From Balamuthia mandrillaris (Eukaryota), in NCBI GenBank assembly GCA_031835245.2, contig JAVKOQ020000071.1, forward strand, positions 1 through 64,000: 64,000 nt of DNA, in the 5' to 3' direction. The translations under genes and the position numbers were made by a program. The notes under the pieces were generated by a model, which was given only the letters and a program-made list of their open reading frames with translations, was not told the origin of the DNA and did not search any database. Numbering within the stretch: position 1 is the stretch's first letter; every line of letters starts with the position of its first letter. Positions 51,402-62,600 of this stretch are shown piece after piece.

Positions 51402-53437
51402 TCAGTAATCTTCTTCGTCCTCGTCTTCTTCGCCAGCTTCGTTTTGCTGGGGGCAGGAATAACCATCACAGCTGGAAGATCCGCATGCATAACAGAAATG
51501 GGTTCCACAACGGCATGACATAGAATTACCTGGTTGGCAAAGAGAGTTTAACATTAAACATTTTTTGATGAAGAAAGGATGTAAGAAGTAAGAAGTAAGA
51601 AAGAAGTAAGGAAAGGAAACGTTACATCCAACGGACTTGCCAACCCAAAACCGACATTCAGGACATTGTTTATACTTTCTGCCAGTGACAAGCTCTTCGA
51701 AGAGTGCATCCGCTTTCATGTTGAGAAGAGCCCATTCCGCACTTCGCCTCATTTGCAAGCAACTCAACTCTTTATGCCACTCCGTTTTGCAAGAAAGACC
51801 TTTAGTTGTTTCAAAAGTTGACGTAAGTTAACTCTGAAAAGCAAATGAAAAAATAAAGACAAGAGAGAACGGAAGAAAAAGATTACAGTAATGCTTTCGA
51901 CACTTTTCACAACGGAAATGAGGGTCATCTCCTTTCATCCAGACAAATACATAGCTGCAGCCTTTGGAAAAATAAATTTCAAGCGAGATGAAAAGAAGTG
52001 AGAAAGTGGAAGAAAGCACAACTTAAAAATAAGATATAATGAGAAGCAAAGGAACAGAGAGAGCAGTACCAGGAGTAGGACAACAGCTGTACATGTCCTG
52101 ATTCTTTTCGACCATTGCACTCAAAGAGAACCTCTCAAACTTATCGAGGGAGTCTTGGTCGAGAACGGCCTTCGCATCCGTTGGAAGCACTTCTGTTTTA
52201 CATTTTGGATCTGGACACTTTTTGGTTTTTGTTTAGAATGAGAAGAACAGAACGAGAGGAGAGAAACTACAAAAGAAAAAGAGAAAAGAAAAAAATATTA
52301 GAGTCTAGCGTACGAGAATTGGAAACTCTTTGGAAGAGACTTTAGTCATAAAGTATTGTTGCAAACATAACCTTTTGAGTTGTTGAGAAGAAATGTTATA
52401 GAACGAAAAGAAGACAAAAAAAAAACGAATAAGAGAGACGAGAAAGCACCGAAAGAATACGAAAGCAAGTAGGAAACATAAAACGAATGGAAGAACAGAG
52501 GGAAAGATTAGATCGAGGAGAGAGAGAGATGATATAAGAGCAGAGAACGACAGAGAAGAAGAAGAAGAAGAAGAAGAAGAAGAAGAAGAAGAAGAAGAAG
52601 AAGAAGAAGAACGAAGAGCACGAGAACAACGGGACAGACGAAGAGAAGGAAAACGCACTTGCAATAGGTGTGATGGCATCGAGCCAAGGAATGGGCATCG
52701 CCGTACTCCACATCATCCATACAGACCGGACATTCCACGGTCCCCGTCACTCCTCCTTCACCTCGTTTGCCTTTTTCTTCCTCCTCCTCCTCCTCCTCCT
52801 TCTCCACCCTTGTTTTCTTCTTTGCGCTTTCTTCTCCACGTCCTTCTTCTTTTTCTTTTCCTTTATCTTTCTTCTGCTCTTCTGTCTTCTCTTCTGCTTC
52901 TCCATCTTCTCGTTTTCTTTTTTTGTTCTCTCCTTCTCGTTCTTCTCCTTCTTCTGCTTCTGCTCCTCTTTCTTCTCCCTCTTCTTCTCCTCTTCTCGTT
53001 TCCTCGCGGCCTTCTCTGAGTTGCTTGGAGCTGCGCAGCACGTCGACAGCGCTCAACAGCCGTTGGCGGTGGCTCTCCTCCTCAAAGCCCATCAGCAGCA
53101 TGGTCTCCGAGGTCATGGCGAGCAGGGCCTGGCCGTCGATCTGGTTGGCCTTCAACAGGTGCCTACCCTCCGGGAACGCAGCGCAAAGGCCCACGCTCTT
53201 GCTCTCGTACCAATCCAACACGTCCCTGTTGGTCCACTCGGAGAGGGTCGATCGGTCCTGAAAGGGTTTGCGGGGGGGCAGCCGCTTCGTTTGTTCTTCC
53301 TCTTCCTCCTCCTCTTCGTCACCTCGCAGGGCATTGCGGTTGAGGTTGTTCCATAAAGGCACTGCTGGTAGAGGAGCTCGTCCACCAGCACCACGGCGAG
53401 CAAAAAGTGGGTTGTGGAAAGGATTCAAGCCAAACAT
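51402..53437 (-). CDS. SAM-domain RING-between-RING (RBR) E3 ubiquitin ligase, multi-exon
   Basis: SAM: WTNRDVLDW...LKANQIDGQALLAMT..L..MG. RING1: CPVC...CHHTYC..C. IBR: CPTPGC...C..C...YC..C..WH..C. RING2: CPEC....K..GCNSMSCRCGTHFCYAC. Confidence 0.88.
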
Positions 53438-54352
53438 GATCTCTGAAACGTTCTTCTTGTTCTTGTTCTTCTTCTTCTTCTTCTTCTTCTTCTTCTTGTT
53501 CTTCTTCTTCTTCTTCTTCTTCTTCTTCTTCTTCTTCTTCTTCTTCTTCTTCTTCTTCTTGTTCTTCTTCTTCTTCTTCTTCGTTTCGCGTTATTTGACG
53601 ACACAGGAAAAAAATAACAGAAAATTTTTTCCTGGAAAAATTTGATTATTACAAGATCTTGATGACTGCCGATCAACGTCTGGGACGAGCTCTGTACTCC
53701 CCACAGTAAAGCGGCTCAATGCTTTGATCTGTTACTGAAAGTTTCAAACCACCAATCAAAAATCAAAACAGAGGCTTAAACTTACCATAAAAAGGCCTTT
53801 TCAGTTGTCTTTTTCTTTGTCTCATCTCTAGCAGAGATTTTTCACGTCGACAAAAATTCATTGCTCCGCTTTACTCCCCACAGTAGCTGACCTGACCACT
53901 GCAACCACCGCTATTGCCATCACCTGCCACACGGGGCCAGTGGGTGATGTTTCACTTTGGCCTGCTGCCAAGGAGGATTGCCTTGAGCAACCGAGTTTGC
54001 TGTTTTCTCGCGCGTGGATATTCCTGAGACGGTACGCAGGAGAGGCATCAAGAAGGCTCAGGGAGTTCTCAGGTTCTTTACCGCAGAAGGTGGAGGGCAG
54101 CAACCAGACCTCTTTCCTCAGTCTGCAATAAAGCATGTGCATCCCTATCCCTGCACCAATATAACACTCCAAAACATGTTCGAAGAACAAAATATAGTTG
54201 TTTGTCGTTCTCTTTATTCTAAACTCTAAAAAAAAAAAACAAATTAAAAGAGACGTTCAAAACTGTTGTTCGAAGAAGAGAAGAAGAAGCGTAAAACTTT
54301 CAAACAATCTCCATTCTTCTTCTTCTGTAGCTGCTGCTGCCGGCGTGGGCGC

Positions 54353-55249
54353 TCACAGCCAGAAAGCAGCGACAGAGGCCGCGGAGGAGGCGTCTCCGGT
54401 GTTGTAGGCCACCACGTCGCCGCCATCGTAGGCCTTGCCGTCGTAGGCAACGTCACCGCCGTCGTACTTGATATCACCGCCGTCGTACTTGACGTCACCC
54501 CCATCGTAGGTCACGTCTCCGCCATCGTAGCCGACGTCGCCGCCGTCGTACTTGATATCGCCGCCGTCATACTTGACGTCGCCTCCATCGTAGGTCACAT
54601 CACCGCCGTCGTAGCCAACATCACCGCCGTCGTACTTGATATCGCCGCCGTCGTACTTGACGTCGCCGCCATCGTAGGTGACATCGCCGCCATCATAGCC
54701 GACATCTCCGCCGTCGTACTTGACATCACCACCGTCGTACTTGACATCTCCTCCGTCGTAGCTCACGTCTCCACCGTCGTACTTGACGTCGCCACCATCG
54801 TAGGTCACGTCGCCGCCGTCGTACTTGACGTCACCCCCATCATAGGAGACATCACCACCGTCGTACTTGACGTCGCCTCCATCGTAGGTCACGTCTCCGC
54901 CGTCGTACTTGACGTCTCCGCCATCATACTTGACATTACCGCCATCGTAGGAGACATCGCCTCCGTCGTAGCTCACATCACCATCATACTTGACATCACC
55001 GCCGTCGTAGGCGACGTCTCCGCCATCGTACTCAACGTCGCCGCCATCGTAGGTCACATCACCGTCGTACTTGACGTCGCCGCCGTCGTAGCTCACGTCG
55101 CCTCCATCGTACTTGACGTCTCCGCCATCGTAGGTCACGTCCTCGCCGTCGTACTTGACGTCACCCTTGCCGTAGCTCTTCATGGGTTTGGCGAGAGCCG
55201 CAGTGGCCAACAGGCCCAGGAGCAGAAGCAATGTCGCGAATGCCTTCAT
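54353..55249 (-). CDS. Secreted protein composed of ~36 (G)DVxYDG heptad repeats
   Basis: Signal peptide MKAFATLLLLLGLLATAALA. Intronless 21-nt tandem repeats with synonymous third-position variation. Confidence 0.85.
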   Translation of the reverse strand: MKAFATLLLLLGLLATAALAKPMKSYGKGDVKYDGEDVTYDGGDVKYDGGDVSYDGGDVKYDGDVTYDGGDVEYDGGDVAYDGGDVKYDGDVSYDGGDVSYDGGNVKYDGGDVKYDGGDVTYDGGDVKYDGGDVSYDGGDVKYDGGDVTYDGGDVKYDGGDVSYDGGDVKYDGGDVKYDGGDVGYDGGDVTYDGGDVKYDGGDIKYDGGDVGYDGGDVTYDGGDVKYDGGDIKYDGGDVGYDGGDVTYDGGDVKYDGGDIKYDGGDVAYDGKAYDGGDVVAYNTGDASSAASVAAFWL

Positions 55250-55351
55250 CCGTTGTTATCGTCGCAGTGGTGGATGCAGATGCAGTTGCAGTTGCAGTTG
55301 TTTTGTAATGATGATTGTGAAAGTGGATGGATGGGACTATAACTGATAGTG

Positions 55352-55358
55352 TTATATA
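55352..55358 (-). promoter_or_regulatory. Candidate TATA box (TATATAA) of the YDGG-repeat gene
   Basis: TATATAA on the minus strand about 100 nt upstream of the ATG. Confidence 0.5.
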
Positions 55359-55864
55359 GTTTTAAAACGTGAGAAAGACATTCCAAGAACTCAGGAGGTT
55401 GAACGGGAAGGATCGCTCGCGATTGGGCGGAGAGGGGCGAAAGGGCAAGATGGAGTGCAGGCACGAGAAGATAGCCGGATGCTCTCCATGGATTTCAGCG
55501 CCATTGCTGCTTGACTTCAAGGAACGCCATTCCTTTAACTGGATGTATTTTTCGTTGGGTTTGTGCTGGAGTTTTCGGCCTTCCGTTCATTGAGCGGCAA
55601 CACGTGCAGCATACCAAAGGGGTCCTTATAGCCGTGACTTCCTGGGAGTTTTCACGAAAAGCCACCGACCGGTCACCCTTTCTTCAGCTCTCTCTCTTCC
55701 TTCTTCCTTCTCTTTCTCATGTACGAACACACTGTTCGTTTCTCTTCATCTTGTACGCAGCCCATGGAAGCCACGCGCAATACTTGGATGTGGAACGACG
55801 GTGCCCTGGCGCAGCAACTGGAGGCAAACAGCCCTGTACCACACAAGTCACTTCAACGATGATA

Positions 55865-55958
55865 ATAGGGCCATACCGCAAGAAACTGTTTGATACGGCC
55901 ATACTGCAAGTGTTAACGTCGGCAGGAAGTAAGGTCGGATAGGGCCATACTGCAAGAA
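55865..55958 (+). repeat. Three truncated copies of the 5S rRNA 5' end
   Basis: ATAGGGCCATACCGCAAG (55865), GATACGGCCATACTGCAAG (55892) and GGATAGGGCCATACTGCAAG (55937), versus 5S GGATACGGCCATACTGCGG (55974). Confidence 0.85.
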
Positions 55959-55973
55959 GGTGGGTTGGAGCTT

Positions 55974-56092
55974 GGATACGGCCATACTGCGGAGAAAGCA
56001 CCGCTTTCCGTCCGATCAGCGAAGTTAAGCTCCGCCAGGCGATGTTAGTACTGGGGTGGGTGACCACCCGGGAATCCACCGCGCTGTATCCT
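55974..56092 (+). rRNA. 5S rRNA: 5S ribosomal RNA (119 nt)
   Basis: GGATACGGCCATAC...CCGATCAGCGAAGTTAAG...TTAGTACTGGGGTGGGTGACCACCCGGGAA...GCTGTATCCT. The 5' and 3' ends pair (helix I) and a T-run follows. Confidence 0.97.
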
Positions 56093-56095
56093 CCC

Positions 56096-56106
56096 TTTTT
56101 TTTTTT
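56096..56106 (+). terminator. RNA polymerase III oligo(dT) terminator
   Basis: T11 immediately after the 5S 3' end. Confidence 0.85.
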
Positions 56107-56184
56107 CTACCTTCGCCTTCCCGCCCTCCCTCCTTCCTCTTCCCCTTCGCCTTCCCCGCCCGTCCTCCTTTTTGCCCTGCATGT

Positions 56185-56310
56185 TTGTTACCTCGCCGTT
56201 GACGTTTCCTCGGATAGGCTAGTCCGCTTAGTGTCCACTCAAGCTGGTTCTTTGCAACGGGTACTTAAGCGGCGGCGGTAGCCTTGCTCGCGCCCGGCCC
56301 ACAGTAACAA
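56185..56310 (+). ncRNA. Candidate structured RNA (extended imperfect hairpin)
   Basis: Nested complementary blocks TTGTTAC/GTAACAA, GCCG/CGGC, AGGCTA/TAGCCT, CCGCTTA/TAAGCGG and GTGTCC/GGGTAC. Confidence 0.4.
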
Positions 56311-56329
56311 GTTTAAAAAAGTTTTTATT

Positions 56330-59300
56330 TTAAGAGGAAGAAAGTTGTTTCTCCTGGGCGTTCTCTTTCGTTTCGCAACAAATCCAAAGCAGCTGATCTT
56401 CATAAAGTTGTTGGGCCAGTTTATCGTTATCGTTTATGTTGTTGAGTTGGTGTGGTTGTTGTGGCCATCTGTTGGAGGGACGGTTGTTGTTGAACCCCTC
56501 CTCTTCCGCCTCCGTGAACAAGAACAGCTCTTTCTCCACGAACCGACCAAACAGGGACAAGAACCGCTCTTCGTCCAACTCCTCTCCTGTTCTGGCGAGG
56601 AAGACTCGACCGGGTTCGATGTAGAGGCGATCTTTGGCTTTCTTCAACAGCTCTTCCCATGAGGAGGTCAACATGACCAAATGCGGGCGATAAGAACGAG
56701 ATTTTTTTCTTTGGTGAGTTCGGTTGTTATTTGCTGCTGATAGTGTATTTGAAGAAGAGGAGGAGGAGGAGGAGGAGGAGGAAGATCGAACTTCGAACGA
56801 AGAAGAAGAAGACGAAGAGGAAGAGGAAGAGGAAGAGGAAGAGGAAGAGGAAGAGGAAGAAAAAGATGTCGACCAAGAAACTGATGATGAGGAAGATGTC
56901 GACGAAAGGGAAGAAGTGGATGTAGAGGAAGTGGATGAAGATGGAGATGTCGAAGAAACAGAAGAACCAGAACCAGAGGAAGGAAGAGAAGAAGAAGGAG
57001 AAGGAGTGGTCGATGAATTAGGAGAGGAGGAAGCAGGAGAAGGAGAAGGAGTAGAAGACGACGAAGTGGGAGAAGCAGAGAGAGGGCGCTTGATCGGATT
57101 GATGTGGGGAACGTTTTGGCGAGAAGTTGATGGAGAAGAAGGACGAGGAGAGGTAAGGGCCAAAAGATTCGTGTTAGAGACAGCGCTCAAACTTAAAAGA
57201 GCATTAGAAATGGCTCCTGGGCTTATGATGCAAGCGCTATCGTTACTGCTGGTTGATGCAATAATGAATGAAGAAGAAGGTGAAGAGGAAGAAGAGTTGG
57301 AAGTTGTGGTTGAGGATGATGAGGATGATGACGTGGATGATATAGAGGTCGAATTGGTAGTGGTGACGACGGAGTTACGGCGACTGTGGACTGATTTTGG
57401 CTTGATTTGAATTGTGCCCTTAAGTCTTGTTTCGTAGAGAATCTTCCGAAGAACGGGAATGATCTCGTTGATTTTCTAAGCAAGCGGAAGAAAAAACAAT
57501 GAGCAACAAACGAAAGAAGACAAAGAAAGCCAAAGTAAAACTACAACGAAAAAGACAAGTAGTGAGAAAGAACATACGGGTCTATCTGTACGAATATGTT
57601 GCCAACAGGAAATGATGACTTTTTGTATGGACTGAGGAATGAAGGATGGAATGGAGGGACGGCCACGACTGCACACCGTTTTTTCGACCCAAGACCCACT
57701 CCTGCCCGCGAATACTTTTTGGCCAGTGAACAATTCCCACTGTGAATAAAAAGTGTGTCAGTCGTGTGACAGTCTGGAGCTCTCTTCTCTTCAGTTTTCT
57801 CCTTTCGCTCTTTTGCACGAGAAGAGAGCACAAACCAAAACGATCCCAAAACTAAAGATATCAGCAGCTTGCGAAAACGAGCCCCATTCCAACACCTCAG
57901 GAGCAGCAAAAGGCACATTCATTGTTGCTAAGAAAAGAATACCAGTGCAAAACATTAGAACGTACCCTTCATAACAAAGAGGGTGAGACCCTACCTTTAA
58001 CAAAGCCTCGATATTGCACTTGCGCAATATCTCCGAAATGAATGATGCCTCCTTCCGCAATTTTGCTAAGGCCCAGATCGTTCAACTTGACGGATTCAAA
58101 GTTTTTATCCATCAACTGTTTATAATTCGTATGTGGGTGAGTGCACAAAGTAATAAGAAGAGAAATGGAAAACAAGGATACCAACAAACAGAAAAATAGA
58201 TCTATTAAGTGAAATACATACCAAAATGTTGTCACTGTGAATGTCGCAATGGCATATTTGTTGAGTGATCTCTAAGTTGTGTATCTCCTGGATGGCAGTC
58301 GCTATTTCCAACGCGATCCAACACTTCTTTCTCAGATCAAGAGACGCGGGAGGATCTCGCAACATTGAAGCTAGGCTTCCGCAAGAGGCCAACTCCAGGA
58401 TGATGCACAGGTTCGGTGGTTCGGTGCAAGCTGCATAAAATTCAACGACATGGTGTAATCGATTTCCTGTTGCTTTCAAAAAACTGTGGCATAGATATTA
58501 ACAACATATCAAAGCAAAGCGAAACAAAACCAATAAACAAAGAGTTACCTCATGATACCAGCTTCCTGACAAAACTTGACCCACATGTATTCCTGATGGA
58601 TTAAAATTTACACAAGTGAGTAAACCCACAAATGAAAGTTCTTTAAATTACTTTCCACACAGCCTCGACACTCAAGTATTTATTTGGTGCCACGGGGCGT
58701 GAAAACTCCGAGGGAACCCACGGGGGTTGTGTGGTATTTTGGGAAATAAACAGAACAGAAAAACGAAATCTCACTTACCTGTCTCTCGGGCACTGCAGCC
58801 GCTTCAAACTTCTTCAGCGCAAACTGTTGGCCTCTCCACAGACAACGATAAACAGTGCTGAAAGCGCCATGTCCCAGTGGCTCCAGAACCTTTAGCTCAG
58901 AGAATGGGATCTCCCAAGAGAATCTAGGTGTTGGACTTCCTTCTGCAGTTGTTTTGTTAGAATGTATTTCTCTTTCATTTCACTATTTTTCATTCCGCTT
59001 CTCGCTTTCTCTCTTCTCAAATAAACATTAAAGAACAAAAAGTACCAGGAAGATATCGCCGGAAGAAAAGTCGAATGGCGTCAGCAGAAGGAAAGCTCAA
59101 TATCTGGCGTAGATGTTCTTTCCAGGGACAGTTTCGTAACGTGAGTTCTTTCAGATGCGTAAGATAGCACAATTCTGAGGGCAAAGAACTCAACATAGGA
59201 TTGCTTTTTGTGTTCATCATGATCGATGGGAGAAAGTTATGAGGAAAAAAGTCAAATAAACAAAGATAAAAAGAAATAGCATACGTACTTTTGTAAAAAC

Positions 59301-59596
59301 AACTTTTCCAGGTTAACCAGGTTACCAATCTCAGGAGGAATAGATCGCAACAGGTTCTGCTCCAAAACTAAGAATTTCAAGTTGACTAAGTTGCCGATGG
59401 TGGACGGTAAGCTCTCCAAATAGTTGTTGTTGAGGTGGAGAGTACGAAGGTTAGTGAGTCTCTCAAAGACGATCGGGTCGATGGAAGTTATGAAGTTTTT
59501 GCCGAGGTCGAGTGTCTCCAATGATTGAAACTCGAGAACACGACTTGGCAGCTTTAACAAACGAAGGCTTGTTTTGTTTTTTTTTTTTTTTTTTTT

Positions 59597-59655
<59 letters not shown>

Positions 59656-62600
59656 TTTGCAAAAGCATCAGAGAGAGCAAAAGGCAAAAACAGGAAGGTA
59701 GACATGAAGCGAAGCAAAACATACCCATTCAAGTAAAGTTGTGTTTCATAACCTTGTTCCAATCGTTGTTGAATAAGCTGATGCAGTAGTCTCCGTTGAT
59801 CACAATCCTCCGCATCCGAACCCTCACTCTGAGCCATAAAACTTGCTTTCCAGTTATTCTTTGTTTTTGGAGTGTTACCATCACCATTCTTTTGCTCAAA
59901 TAACGCTTTTGCTCTCATTCGAACTTCTCTTTGCAGCAACGCTTTTTTGAGAGCGATGTCTCTGCTTCTTCCCAATTCGACCACTTGTCGAATTAACTCA
60001 GGGGAGTAGTGCATGTCGATATTGACCTCCATTTCGGGACCGACAATTGCGCTTTGTTCCAGTTTTCGTTTTGTATCTTTATGTTCATTTGCTTGGCTTT
60101 TGTCTCGTTTTCTGCTCTCTTTGTTCCTTTTTCGTTGACCTCTTCTTTCGCTGCTGTTTGATTCTTTAGGACGACGTTTGCTTCGACCACTACGACGATG
60201 GCGAGAATCGCAGCGATTGCGCTTTTCGTTCGCACTAGCTTCCTTTAATGTCGCTGGTGAATTTGTTGTTGTTGGTGCTTCGTTCTCGTCGATTCTCTTT
60301 TTGTTCTTATTGCTCGTTTTCTTCTTCCGTTCCTTTTCTTTCTTGCGGCGGCGGTCATGACTTATCTTCTCCTGATTTCTACTTCTGCTTCTGCTTCTGC
60401 TTCTGCTCTTGCTTTTGGTTCTTCCTTCTTTTCGTGTTGTTCTTCGTTCTTGATTTCGTTCTTGTTCTGGCTCTTCCTTTTGTTGAAGTCTTTCTTTCAC
60501 TTTTCTGGAAAGTTTTCTTGGAGAGAGACCAAGAATGCCCAAACTCTCCAATCCGATGCGATAATAAATGCCATCGCTATAGGTGCGCGTTCTTGGGCGA
60601 TGATAGCGAGCGCTTTGCGTGCTCCTCCGAAGAAGACTGCCACTACTACTTCCGTTACCATGATGACGGTTTGCGTTACGAATGGCGTTCCAAGGTGAGG
60701 AATCTTGTCGGTCAGTTCTGGTTGGAAAGTCAGAGAAGGAATTTCTTCTCTTTGGAAATCCATCTTCATCATCGTCATCGTCACTTTGTTCTTCGCTGTC
60801 ATCATCGTCAAAAAATTCGAAAATTTTTCCTTTTGCCTTTAGTTCCGTTTTCTCTGAGCTTTTTTCTTTCTGCTTCACGTCGCTGTGTTTCTCCTCTTCT
60901 GCTTTTTGTTTGTCTGCTTTTGCTGCTGCCTCTTCCTCTTCTACCGCTCTTCGAATTCGTGCTTCTTCTATTTCTACAACATCTTCCTTTCTTATGTGAG
61001 GAAGGCCACCATTTGAGTGAAGCAGATGGTGTTGATTCGTCTCAATGAATCTTCTTAGATCGGTTCCCATAATGTAGGCGTCTATATCGAAGAGAAAGGC
61101 CTGCTTCCCAAAGTTAACTGTGAACTCAACTTCGAGAGGGCTTGCCTCTAGTGCTATGCTTGGATAGAGCGAGTCACGATACTTTTGAAGGTGAACAGAA
61201 GCAAAACCAGCATTCTCTATTGACGGTAGGCACAACAGATTAAAGATGAGAAAACAGAAAAAAGAAGGGGGAAAAACAACTGAAAAAGAAGAAACAAACC
61301 TATCATACATCCTTGGTGTGTAAAAAAGATCCTGTTGTTAGTGTGGTCAAAGCCACAGCCGATGGTCTCTCCTACGTCAAAGATGGGACCAAGATTGTCT
61401 CCACTCGTGTGGATGCGTTCTCGTTTGCAAACCCGCTTTTGAGAAAACATTCTACCCTCACTGCCATGATAACCAATTGACCTTTGATTTTGGTTAAGAA
61501 AAAAAATTCACAATCCGGATAAGAAGAGAAAAGGACAGGAAGGAGGAAGTACATTGTAGAGACATGGTAAGGCAAAGGTTCTCCCTCCAAAGGACCACTT
61601 CTCATCAAATCCTCTTCTTCATCGTCTTCTTCTTCATGTTCTTCTTGTCCTCCTTCCTCAGGGCTCTCTCCTCCTGAATCAACGTAATCACGATCACGCT
61701 CATGAACGGACCACATTCTCATCGGTAATGGCCGTCGTGACCGCTGTCCATTTCTCGTTTCTTCTTCTCTTCCTCCTTCTTCCGATTCTGCTTCGTCTTC
61801 ATCTTCTTCCGCCTCTTTGTCTTTCTTAGATAAGTGACGGTGAGGATTATCTTTGACCAAAGAAGACATTTCTCGCATTAAACCAAAAGTAAGCACGTAA
61901 TTGCCTTCTGACTTGAGCAAAGTCATTTCAAAGTAACCGATTTTGCAGCCTTCCAGAGAGTGAGACAATGGACAGAGAGGATGTTGTGCTTGTGTTGTCC
62001 AATAGGCCAACTAGTTTAGGAACAAACGGAAGAAAAAAAAAGTATGGTAAGAGATAAAAGATAAAAAGATAAGTAGAAGAGGAGCAGAGAAGAGAAAGAA
62101 TAGTACTGAAGCCTTCGGCAAATGACAAAACACTCCTTGAAAAAAGAAGGAGACCCGCAGGCCATCCTCGGTCAGCTCGAAAAACTTTCGAGGATCATCT
62201 ACTCCTCTCTCTTTCTCCTTCCTCATCTGCTGTTCTCTTTCCAGCTCTCTTCTACGTTGATCCTCTTTTATCTGTTGTCTTTTCAGCAACTCTCTCTTCC
62301 TTCTTGCTTCCAATGCTGCGAGCAGCTCCTTTTCTTCTTCGATAAACGAAGAAGAAGAGGAAGAAGAGGAGGAAGAAGCAGGAGAAGTGATAGAAGTAGG
62401 AGCATTGGATGGAAGAAGTGTCACCTCTCTAACGATCTTAAGACCTTCTTCTTCGCTGCTGTTGGTGTCTACCTCGAAAATGTTGAGACTGCGCTTCGCC
62501 ATCGCTAAAAGAGAAATGGAAGATCCATTCGGAGAAACTGTTGTACTCGTTCTTCCACTTCTTCCACCAAAAGTCGAAAAAGAAGGAGCAGAAGAAGCAG

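Noticed and set aside
51490..51630. RBR catalytic segment GCNSM lacking the His of GCNHM
   Set aside because: Several RBR ligases lack this His and the catalytic Cys is retained, so it is not evidence of inactivity.
53858..54190. 110-aa minus-strand ORF between the RBR and YDGG genes
   Set aside because: No recognisable motif or supporting splice structure.
54266..55342. 358-aa hydrophobic ORF on the + strand (VVLDVAAIVG repeats)
   Set aside because: It is the antisense mirror of the YDGG repeat gene. The minus-strand frame has the signal peptide, TATA box and synonymous-only variation.
56289..56300. Minus-strand GGGCCGGGCGCG resembling the SRP RNA/Alu 5' end
   Set aside because: No downstream Alu-domain or helix-8 motif could be seen.
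56724..57410. Acidic 228-aa ORF on the + strand
   Set aside because: Antisense to the Ser-rich last exon of the kinase gene, whose frame continues correctly from DRP|KINEII.
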